NCBI GenBank assembly: GCA_051294905.1 | Contig: CM119386.1 | Coordinates: forward strand, 6,138,001-6,202,000 | Length of the DNA: 64,000 nt | Direction of reading: 5' to 3' | Source of the DNA: Botryllus schlosseri | Taxonomy: Eukaryota | Made by a program: the position numbers and the translations under genes | Shown: in pieces, positions 25,301 to 35,100 of the stretch | Numbering within the stretch: position 1 is the first letter of the stretch | Layout: each line of letters starts with the position of its first letter | Notes under the pieces: model-generated | Database searches by the model: none | Seen by the model: only the letters and a program-made list of their open reading frames with translations | What the model was told of the DNA's origin: nothing

Positions 25301-27963
25301 TCGCAACTGAAAGTTAATTTGCTGACGAGAATTATTGGTCTGATACTATTTTCCACTGATGCAGCCTTGAAACCTTGATTTGCCGTGTCGCAGCATAAGA
25401 GACATAGTACAAAGCTACGAACGTTACTGGAAATAACACATTTCTGAAGTCATGATCATCCCACAACATTGTCAAGAAGCGCAATGAAATCGGTATGGAC
25501 GAAAAAATACCGACGTATCGTTAATGTGACGAATAACAGGCATTATGTTCTTCGTGGTGGCATAAGAGGTTCATATTTGGACTTTGACATACTACATTCT
25601 GTTGTGACGTCATAATGAGTGATACTCGAATACTCGACTCGACTCGAAGCATTTTACGTGATTCAGAATCGAATCACTCAGGTACTCGATTTTGCCCAGC
25701 CCTAATCACAATGCTGCAACTGTTGTACCAAATTGGTCGAAAGTACCCTACAAGAAGCGCCGTTTAAGAGAGAGAGAGAGAGAGATCAGATTTATTTTCG
25801 CCGGCACCATCGAGATGCTTTTTGACGATGGAGATGCGATACGACCTTTAAGCAAGGTCATCTAGGGGATAATTATACGGAAAAAGTGGAAGACTTTTTG
25901 AACAAAATTCGTTAATTTAGTATACAGTACAACATAGCGCGTCTAATACCAAAAAGGCAGCATTAAAATAAGTCTTGAATGTTTGTTATGGAGCTGCGTA
26001 CATTTGTCGTGATAACATTTTGGATAAATCTTCAAGTGTTGTAACGTTCCGCGATCAACTGTTTCGAAGTTTTGACGGTTCCCAAAAGATCGAAAAGGTT
26101 GAGAACCACTGCCCTAGCGTTCTGATGCAGTAATATCCGAGCGATTTGACATATGGTGTTGAAAGTATAAAAACGGAAGATAGCAATCCGATCTCGCATC
26201 AGCCAGAGTAAAACCCCAACCTGCTGCAATAATTAACAGGAATCAGCGCGGTTGCAATATGCCAAGCGATAGTGATTTGAAACCGATGCGGTGTCTTCTC
26301 GATTCATTTTTACACATTGTGTTAAGCCTCTAGGAGCGAGTGCCTCTGGTATGTGTATTAGTCACCCTGGTGCAATTCAATACATCGGGAAGTCATAGGA
26401 AGTATTACATCACGGGGGCATGTTCGGCGAACAATGTAATAGTTCGAAATTTGGCACATGCTACAGCTTGCCGCGATAGGGACGATCAGTGATAACGCTG
26501 CATTATCGACAAAGCTTATTATACACAATGAACGATATTAAGATATATACAAACACGCAAAAACCAATAATAACTGGTCAGTACTCTCGTCATTAATCGC
26601 ATCACTTTCGCTACGGAAAGAGTTGCAAAATCTGAGCATCCAGACATAGTATATCACGTGAATAATAACTCGCATAGTTACTAGTCGGATTTCGATTAAT
26701 ATCACCAAAATAGTTTATCAATGGCATGATAGTGATGGTAGAGACTGCGCGATAAAATTTCCACATCAAGTATTGTTGAGCCATTCTGTAGTACTGCACA
26801 TGACTGCTCATATCGTGGATTGTAGTCGCTGGTCACGGGGAATCTAACGCGGATTCAATGTTACGTTTTATATCTTGCTATTATAATAGATACGTTATGT
26901 TTATATGTCGCTGCTAAAATCAACTTTAATATGGATTAGAAATCACTTTTTCCATTTTTGAATCAGTGACCAATCTCTTGCTGATATCCTTATACAAAAT
27001 ACACCGAACGCTCGCGCATGCCAAGCTGCCAAAGTCATGATCCTAGGTCGGTAAAAATAAAACGTAAAATCCCATATAAATTTTAGGAAGCGCCGCGGTC
27101 CTGATTTTTAGGGTACCGCAGTAACGCTGGCATGTTATTTACTTGAAGTCACATTGAGACCGAGTGCATTCCATGAAGAAACCCCATCCACACGAAAATC
27201 ATGTTACTACGCACAGAGCGTGTATCACTCTCCCTATTTTTACTTTAATTTCAACTTCCTCGTTGAGTGATAACACGATACGCAATTAGCCAGGAACGCT
27301 AAGAATCAGGTAAGAGTGTTCGCCAATTTATCAGTATAGAGGGAGTTGGCGGTATGTTAATCATCAGCATGGGGAATTCGTAAGCAATCGATATTTGTGA
27401 CTAATGAGATTCAGGAGAAGTTTTGTTATTCGGACATGCTATCAATCCCGATGATACGCAATGATAAATTGATATTTTTCATCCGTCTATTTTCCGCTTA
27501 TGATATCTGAATTATGAACCTTATACGTTCGAAATAAAAAGCATACCTTGAATATCCTACAGTCGTCTTCCTTCCAATTATTTTTCCCGGCGTGTTTCCA
27601 CGGGATTCGAAATATGGTTTTATTCTCATCCTCCCACCTGAGTCCGGGAATCTGCCCGCCCTCAATCATATCAATCAACCAATATCGCAGTCTCTTCGGC
27701 GGGTCTGATTTACCTCCCGTCGTAGTTTGCGGCGATGGCACCGTCATATGTCCCTGAGGGGGTGGGGTAGAATAGGAGGCGGTCGATGCCGCCGGGGACA
27801 TGCCCCCTATTCCGATCGGAGATCCCGGAGTCCCAAACCCCATCCGGTTGGTGAGTCCATTGTGGTGTAAAAATGGCGGCGAGTTTGCTTGCTCCAAGTG
27901 CATTTGATAAGGTAATGGAGCAAAACTGCCCACGCGCTTTGCATTCATATCAATTGTGTTCAT
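4336..27963 (-). CDS. IRF4/8-like: Interferon regulatory factor, IRF4/8/9-like; 3' part lies beyond the left window edge
   Basis: Exons 27963-27547 (first ATG 27963, donor AAG|GTATGC, phase 0), 15672-15489 (tttacAG|GCG, donor A|GTACGT, phase 1) and 4500-4336 (ttctttttcAG|, donor A|GTAAGT, phase 1-1). They join in frame to give the Trp-repeat DNA-binding domain KRLRYWLIDMIEGGQIPGLRWEDENKTIFRIPWKHAGKNNWKEDDCRIFK|AWAEHRGKYKEGVDKFDPATWKTRLRCALNKLPDIKELKERSQLEGTDPFRVYRLLPE. No IRF-association domain is seen in the window. Confidence 0.92.
4611..4860. repeat. Partial copy of the 7344 element, 110 bp from IRF exon 4500
   Basis: TTCATATTGAAATGAACCCGAATATTTTCGG..GACACTCGTCAGGGG is near-identical to 7354 onward. 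Confidence 0.8.
7344..7949. mobile_element. Composite inverted-repeat element: 24-bp outer TIR plus an inner pair of inverted 16-bp tandem arrays
   Basis: GAATAGTATATTCATATTGAAATG at 7344 and its exact reverse complement ending at 7949. About five TACCGAGAATGGACAT-like units at 7626-7700 are mirrored at 7832-7912. A sister copy of the left part lies at ~4611-4860 and a right-end remnant at ~42560-42582. Confidence 0.8.
10011..10374. mobile_element. CAGTG-type hAT MITE (364 bp)
   Basis: TIR CAGTGGCCGGGAACC vs CAGTGGTCGGGAACC (14/15); perfect 8-bp TSD CTATAGAG. Confidence 0.92.
11748..11806. repeat. (GT)n/(GC)n microsatellite, alternating purine-pyrimidine tract
   Basis: TGTGTGTGCGCGCGCGCGTGTG...GTATGT read directly. 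Confidence 0.97.
13277..14295. mobile_element. TAGGG-type hAT non-autonomous element (1019 bp)
   Basis: Perfect 16-bp TIR TAGGGATGGTGTGAAC; TSD GTTTCTAG/GTTTCTAT (7/8); repeated subterminal GAACC/GGTTC motifs; no transposase ORF. Confidence 0.9.
16194..16712. mobile_element. hAT-type MITE family A, copy 2 (519 bp)
   Basis: Perfect 12-bp TIR TAGGGCTGGGCA; perfect 8-bp TSD GTCACGAC at 16186-16193 and 16713-16720. Confidence 0.93.
17246..17810. mobile_element. Old CAGTG-type hAT MITE remnant
   Basis: Starts CAGTGCTTGTTAACCGGGGTTCATACGAACCCCAGGGGTTC; right end and TSD not resolved, so the end coordinate is approximate. Confidence 0.4.
18169..18490. mobile_element. MITE family A, degenerate truncated copy
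   Basis: Starts TAGTTCTGGGCACAATGATTC and follows the family A internal sequence with many changes; no right TIR. Confidence 0.7.
20190..20555. mobile_element. TAGGGTTACCA-type (Blackjack-like) hAT remnant
   Basis: Left end TAGGGTTACCATATTT with repeated AGGAC subterminal motifs; right TIR missing. Confidence 0.55.
21460..22294. mobile_element. CAGTG-type hAT MITE (835 bp)
   Basis: TIR CAGCGGTTCTCAACC vs CAGTGGTTCTCAACC (14/15); TSD GCCTACGC/GCCTAAGC (7/8). Confidence 0.88.
25190..25704. mobile_element. hAT-type MITE family A, copy 3 (515 bp)
   Basis: Perfect 12-bp TIR TAGGGCTGGGCA; perfect 8-bp TSD ATCACAAT at 25182-25189 and 25705-25712. Confidence 0.93.
25767..25796 (-). repeat. (GA)n microsatellite; on the minus strand AATAAA followed by a (TC)n tail, like a retroelement 3' end
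   Basis: (AG)9 at 25767-25784 and TTTATT at 25791-25796; the same arrangement occurs at 30504-30530. Confidence 0.6.
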
Positions 27964-28505
27964 ATCGGCGTCCGATACCAATCCAAACCACAGCGCAACA
28001 GAGCGCGGTCAATTGATGTACAGTACAGGTCCACAATACAAGCAGTTACCAAATAAGATCGATCTTTTAGCTAATACTATATATTCCGGTAAAATTCTGG
28101 ATAAACGAAAACAATTGAATTATACTAGTATCCTATAATAAATCAATACAGCTGCGAAATTTCTAAGACATGGCAATCAATAGCATACATGCTGACTAAC
28201 TATGAACTGACTCGAGGTAAAGTCACTGGATGCATATGCATGACTAAAGTTACGCGGCTATCGATCACATGATAAGCGTCATTGTTAGAGCATTCAACAC
28301 GAATCAAGGTTTAAATACATAGGACGGATTTCAAAGGAGGCCTTCAGGAATTCGTTGGCACTTTGTATCGCGCTGCGAAAGTTCATGTAGCCGATACATA
28401 GAAGTTCACTCGTACAACTAAGTTAGTTTACTGCGAACGTATCGCAAAACATTGTAGATACGGTGACCACAGAAACACCACAGGTACAGTTTGAGTGTTC
28501 TTACC
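27964..28505 (-). other. Probable 5' UTR splice structure of the IRF gene
   Basis: Acceptor ttgttttcgtttatccAG at 28098-28097, followed by an ATG-free leader to ATG 27963. Candidate upstream donor GTG|GTAAGA at 28505/28504. The TSS is not determinable. Confidence 0.5.
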
Positions 28506-29397
28506 ACAAAAATCAACCTACGCGCAACCATTGTGGCTTAAAGCAACTGCAATCAACAGAGAACAGAGAAAGTAAAAGAGCCTGAAGCTTTAAGAACTTG
28601 AATAATTCGTGTACAATCTGCCTTAGGTTATTTCTAGAATATCGAGAGCTATATTCACGGTACTAGAACCGCTTTCGGCTAATTTAATTGAAAGCTAATT
28701 TTTATCCCCGCTACTCTCAAATGAAATAGGCGAAGAAATCGCATTGATGCTTTCCTAGCAAGGTCTTTTCCTGGTATTTAACGCGTAGCCGACCTGCCAT
28801 TCACTGCCAACGCTGTTATGCAGAAAGTGTTAGTCGATGCTCGATACCTATCAACAAGAAACGAGAGGTTCTGCTTCGCTACATTCGCGCAAAACATTTG
28901 ACGTAAGCGTACGCGTACGCAAACGAGACAAGCCTAGCGTCAACACGAGAGACAACTAGTATTTTCGACGTGACTGCGCGTGCCGCGGACACTTCCTGTT
29001 GGGAGCATAGCGTTCACGGGCAAGACTCCAACAATATTATTGATAAATCGTCAAAAGAAACTTTGTCGTGATTTAAAATATTTCAAAAAGAGGATTCCAA
29101 TTTATGAACGTACAATACACATAAACGGCGCGGTTTCACAACACACAAGCGTCTTCAATAAAAAATTCCAATTGCATTTCCCGGTCATTAATCTTGGCAA
29201 CGACGGAAAATGGCAGCAGTAATCAACTTCGTCAAAATATTATGAAATTGAACGGCAGGTGAGGAATCGCATGTTGTGCTTTCGACGTAGGCATGGCATC
29301 TGTTTCGATTTGTTTCGGTGTTTTGCCAGAAAGCAATTTAGATGATATAGCGACACCGGACAGTAAACGACTTGAATTTCACTGGCACGATGACTTT

Positions 29398-29645
29398 CAT
29401 CATTGGTTTATTAGCAATTTTATCAGTTCTATCCCACAAAAATGAGATATAATGAAAAGATAGGAAGGTGTCGAAGCGACTTGGAGTAGTCTATGGAATC
29501 AGACGCCCACCTTCGCCTAGGCCAAGGTGGGTGTCTGCATGATTCCGTAGACTACTCCAAGTCGCTTCGACATCTTCCTGTCATTTCATTGTATCTCATT
29601 TTTGTGGTGTATTGAACTGATAAAATTGCTAATAAACCAATGATG
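29398..29645. repeat. ~250-bp near-perfect inverted repeat, followed by a (TGA)n tract
   Basis: Arms of ~118 bp; the outer 32 bp are perfect (CATCATTGGTTTATTAGCAATTTTATCAGTTC); centre CGCCTAGGCC. Confidence 0.93.
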
Positions 29646-31958
29646 ATGATGATGATGACCTTGGCCTATGCGATGTAAAGAGGAGGCATGCACACGGAAT
29701 GAAAAGTGAAAAAAGATAGTATTGAATAAAGCAAGCGACAAAATTGGGGTGGCATGTCATGGAATGCGAAATCGATAGGTCAGGTCGTGGTCCGATAATC
29801 TTGAGGATGGACTAGTATTCATTTTGTAGTGATTGCTTGTATTTCGACATGTCAGGTCCGGCATATTTGATAGAGCGATGATCTTTTCGGTCGATCGTAT
29901 GATATTTGAACGACGTGTTGTAGCCTAGCCTACTTGTGCGCTTTTGATTCCGAGGTAAATAAGTCATTGAAATATTCGGGGTAATGACCGCAGTGAAACT
30001 GATGCATAAACTTGGCGATTTCTAGTTTCTGCATATCTTCTCCACTTCAACCAAAAAATGGAGTAATAATGACATAAATATTCTACGTCTACGACATGTA
30101 TACTCTTGTTAAATTTTCATACTTTTTTCGTGCATGATGATGAAGAAATTATGCTCCCCTAAATGGCAGGAAAAAACCTAGACGATTTCTTCGTGCCGAC
30201 TTGGTCTTAACGACCGCAGAAAACATATATTGTCGAAAATACTCCAAAATTGAACAATAAAACCTATTTCTTCCAATTTCACTGAATGCAAGACATTGTA
30301 AGGTTGCCTAAACAAATGCTACACGTCAAAAATTGATCAACTACAACCACTAGAAGCGAAGTTATTACGATTTGAAATTTCAATCATTATATATAACATA
30401 ATTAGTGGAAAATTTTTTTACTTCGCCATATGAACAAATATCGTGTTCCGGAGGTAGCCTATGCCTGAAGGGAAAGTGATACTGCTTCTCACGCGATCAT
30501 CTTGAGAGAGAGATAGAGAGAGTCTTTATTTTCATCCAATCAAAATACACAACACGTGGCAGTGACGGTGGTACAGAAAATATGCAGATGGGCCTAGGCT
30601 TTGGATAAAGAAATAGTAGCTGACCAATGAAAAAAGTTACTACGGGTGATTAGTCTACTTTGTTGAAACTCGCATATGAAATACATTCCACACTGAAATC
30701 GGCTACCATGAAAAGGAACTGAGCTGATTAAACAGGTAAAATTTGAGAAATATGTTTCCCAGGTGATAGTCAATTATCTGGGCGTATCTCTATGTCGATT
30801 GTCGCCCTAATGTATATTTCACAAAATCAGAAAGGTGGCTGTTCAATATGCAGCGTTTTATGAACAACCTTTTTGTACAAAACGCTGTGAAGTCTTATAA
30901 CCAGGACCGAAACAACACAACCGCAGCCACCCAAAACGTTGGTCGTGGGCCGCCATAGGGTGATAACCAAACTTTTGGGGGGCTTCGCCCCAGACCCCCC
31001 TCAGCCTGTACCATTTTTACTCTAGTTATCAGCGAGACCTGCCTAAACGCGCGAAGCGCGAAAAAAAATCTATAATTCATGATTGAATTGGCCAATATGT
31101 GCGGGAATTACATACATACATAATATATTGTCATGGAGTTCTAGATATCCCTGTATATTCCTATCAATTTTTGATCCCCTCTCTGATCACATAATCAGAT
31201 TTACCTGTAGAGCTGAGGGAGGTGTCTAGGAAAATCTAGGGTTCGTAAATAATAATCAAACAGCTTCGGACGGGCCCATGGGTATAATGACTTCGTTGCA
31301 TGATGGTATTTCGTGACCTCGTGTCTGCTATGGTATGTATTGAGCTGATAAAATTGCTAATAAACCGAACGGAACTGAACTATGTCAAGAGATATTGAAA
31401 TCACCCAGACGTACTAAACTAAAAGACACACACGATTTCAAATTGGTCTTTATTCACTGCGGGGTGGATTTTGTCTTGTGGAGTTCGGATTGCCAGGACA
31501 GGTACATTCGGCGCCAGTCGTCCAACGCTTTTGGACAACTAAACATAATATAGGCTATAGCTTCTCGGAGTCGCATGTTACATGGTCTAACTCTAAACCT
31601 TCATATGTCTTGGTAAGTGGTGGCGCGGTAATGACCGACGCCGAAATGCCCATTTCTATAAATCATGAGTATATTTTCCTGGGAAAGGGTATCCAATAAT
31701 CAAGATATATGGCAACATTAAATCGGGCGCAGGGCGAAATTTTTTCGAAAAGGTTGCATAAATTTCCAAAGAAATACACTATTCACGAAATAATTTTGGG
31801 CCCGCTTCGGGCTCGCCTCCTAATTGGGGAGTTTCGGGTGTGGCAATCACGGTCCTGCTGCTTGTTCGAATACTTCGTCCCCTTGTTGTGATCAGCTGTG
31901 TGGAAGTGAAGAACACATGATAAGGCACTTGAGCCACACAGGCATCGATGCGTGACAC

Positions 31959-31972
31959 GGCGCGAGTTTGAA
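31959..31972 (+). promoter_or_regulatory. CDE/CHR-like cell-cycle promoter element upstream of anillin
   Basis: GGCGCGAGTTTGAA, 130 bp upstream of the ATG; CHR consensus TTTGAA preceded by a GC-rich CDE/E2F-like site. Confidence 0.55.
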
Positions 31973-32102
31973 AACGCTCAAATCTCTAATCTCGGGCGAG
32001 TCTCCTGTTGTTGACCTCCTACTTTTTAAACGCGAAGCTTGGTCATTGCTGGAATTTCATTGAAGATATAGCTATTTGTATGGGTATTTGAGTTGTGCTT
32101 TT

Positions 32103-35100
32103 ATGATGGATGAAATCACCAAGGTAATATATCTCGAATTGTATCACTGGTACCCGGTATATTTTTATGTTCCACCGTTGTCTTTACGCGTATTTCGTTT
32201 TCAGCGACTAGTGGAGCGCACAAGAGAACGCCAAGAGATTATCAATAAGCAGAAACGACAGTTAGCGGGAATCGACGCGATCCAAAGAAAGCGTCGTCCC
32301 CTAGCTCCTCAAAATGAGGAAGAAATCTCTAAAACACCGGAAGATAATGAATCAACTGGTAATGCGATTGATATGCTGTATATGTCTTTGTCATATGATA
32401 TTTGATCTGGCAAGTTATCGCAGAGATCGGTATTTCGGAATCACCCAGTAAAAGAAGTAAAGTTGATACTGCTGAAAACTTTGAAAATGAGGAACGCTTT
32501 ACTTCTGACACAGGTATTTTAATTTCACCATATTTCATGATATAATAAAATATATATCACCAAACTATATGATCTCGAGAGAGATGTTTCTTGACATTGT
32601 ACGGCACTGCATGATGTTTAATAGGGTAAGCTTGATAAATTTATCGATATCCTGAAATGAATTTGTCGCTATAACTAACTGTCACTGTCATTCATGGCAT
32701 TGGTCACATTCACATATGTCACTACTCGGTAGGCTACTCACTATGTCAGTGTATCTGTGTATGTTTATATCAAAAAGTGAGTGATAACCTATACCAGTAC
32801 CGTCTGAACTGTGTACTGGTCACCCTGACACTGGTCAGTGGTCATGGTCAAACAATGAGTCCGAGTTTTGGTGCTGGATATAGGAAACGTTTTTTATACC
32901 AATCGCTACCGTACTGATACTATGGTTATGTCGAGCACCTGCCTGATTCAATGGTTAGGCACACCTCCGTGTACTGCTCACAAGCTACATCACCATAAGG
33001 TTTCCAGATAGGGCCTATACCGACGAGATCGTGTACTGTGGTTTTCTACCTGTTGTATGATCATGTCATTATCAGCATGATCTATCCGAACCATAAACAA
33101 AGCTCAGTCAGTGTTTGCGTAACTGACTGACTGAAAAAAAGGATTGCTTTTTCACAGCATTTCCACCATTCAGCCTCATCAGGGATGAATATTCATTTTA
33201 ATGTTATCGCTTTAGATGTAGTGTAAACATTTTATTTATAAACCATAATTGTGTGACTTCATGTTCATCATGAATATGAGCTACTTGGTGCTGAATAAGT
33301 CCATGCCCGTACTGGTCTCAAACTGTTGCAATCATCATCTGAATTATTGGGCCTTGTCGTGCCTAATTACAGTGGTGGAAACCGATGACAAAGTGTGAGT
33401 TCTCTTCCAGAATTCAGTGCAAGCTCGAAGAGCAAGCAATCTGGACATGTTAATTTGAGAATGCAAAAACTTCTGACGCAAAGAAAAATTTGGGAAGCAG
33501 AAGGTGCGTACGCATTTGTTATGTGTACTGAAAAAGCTCTTGTCTTACAACACTTACTCTCTATTCCAGAGAAGGGCGAGAATATCAGTTTTGACGAGGC
33601 GAGTCTGCCTTCCCCTGTGAGACACGATACACCGCCAGTTAGCGCAGCGACCGAGTCGGGTGTTATCAGGAAAACAAGCTCTTCGGAACAAGACGGCAGA
33701 AAACGTCGCCTCGCAGCTCTAGCCGCTAGGGTCAAAGGCTGGGAAGATGATATTAGTCATCACGAAATTCCGAAAATGTAAGAACTTTTTGTAGAACTGA
33801 AATAATTATGGGAGTCAAGTTTGTCTTGCGATCTAGCTTGAACGGTTTCCTGAATGACTTTATCGCCACTTGAAACTGTTTTTTTCACCATTAATTGTCC
33901 CGAAGATCGCCATATTGGCTTTGAAATGTTGATCACCCAATGCCGGGGGACCTCACGAGAGTCCTGCGACCATTGCACCGGCACATAAAATACTTACTGC
34001 TGTGGATCACTTGTGGGATTCACCTGCGATAGATATCTCCGGGCCAGTTGATGACCAATGACCATATCTAAAGATTTATGTTCTGTATGAAAAATTGACT
34101 TAATAGCCAGCAGAAATTATGTGCTTGCTGAAACACTTGGTCGTTTGTCGGTGCTATTCGATTCAATGCTGTGTGTTGGTACGAATTCGATAGGCAGCTA
34201 CACTTTGGTAGGGCTTGATATCTAAATTTTGTTGGCCTAAATCGTTCCAAGTTTTTTATGCCTCTACTATCATTCTTCTTCAGTGCGGATCAACGTAAGG
34301 CCCCAATTTCAAGCAAGCCGCCCACTGGAAAAACACAAGTCGCATCTGGTGTACCGGTGAGATAGATCTGATTTAGAGATGAGAAGCAGTCATTGGAATG
34401 TACAACGCTTCAATATCGCAGCAAGTAATATGTTGATGTCGCCAAATTTATTCTTATCGAAGCTTTTCGACAGACTCTCGCCAGGAGCGAAGCTCAGTAG
34501 TCTAACTACCATTAACCTAATTAAGAGAATTTTGCAGTTGTAATTGGGATGTAATGTAGTATACAAGACTCGCGAATGACGTAATGGGCATTTAAGGTAT
34601 CAACGAGAAACATAATTTCTTATTGAATGTATCGCAGGTGCAAAAACCGTCAGTTCAACAAGCCGTATCCCCAGAACCGAAAGTAGCGCGTCAGGAAAAC
34701 GAGCTCAGCGTGGAGGGACTGGTGAAATTTGCGGTGGCCGGTAAAGCCGCCGAGAGGAAAAGCCCGGCAAAGCCTACCCGACAGCTGAAGTCTTCAAACA
34801 CGTATGAAAGAAATTTTGAATTGTTGATAGTCCGTGTAAAGTTGCTATTCCGCGTATCGACCGCATGGAATCCAACCGTGTAACCCCTTACTGGTGTGGA
34901 ATAAAGGGAAATGCTTTTGACTCTGGTGTCCCTGTGCTTGAACTTGGGTAGAACTTTACGACATTATTTCTACTTACGTACCAATAATGGCTACTCTGAC
35001 AAGATGTCGTACCAAAGTGCGTGCGAATTATCGAAAAAAATTTCTCCTTATTTTTGTACAAAGAATTATGTTGGCATGAAATATTTTTGTCTTATGCGTG

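Larger units (their letters stand above)
25024..26111. mobile_element. CAGTG-type (Buster/Charlie-like) hAT MITE apparently hosting the family A copy
   Basis: Perfect 15-bp TIR CAGTGGTTCTCAACC/GGTTGAGAACCACTG. Flanks CTATAGCA and CCCTAGCG match only 5/8, but both have a central TA. Confidence 0.6.

Noticed and set aside
27487-27546. ORF-track tail VCFLFRTYKVHNSDIISGK and TTG start at 27981 of the IRF ORF
   Set aside because: The tail is read-through into the intron after the FK donor; the first ATG is at 27963.
32935-33010. GCCTGATTCAATGGTTAGGCAC resembling a tRNA/SINE A-box
   Set aside because: No B-box or cloverleaf could be built.
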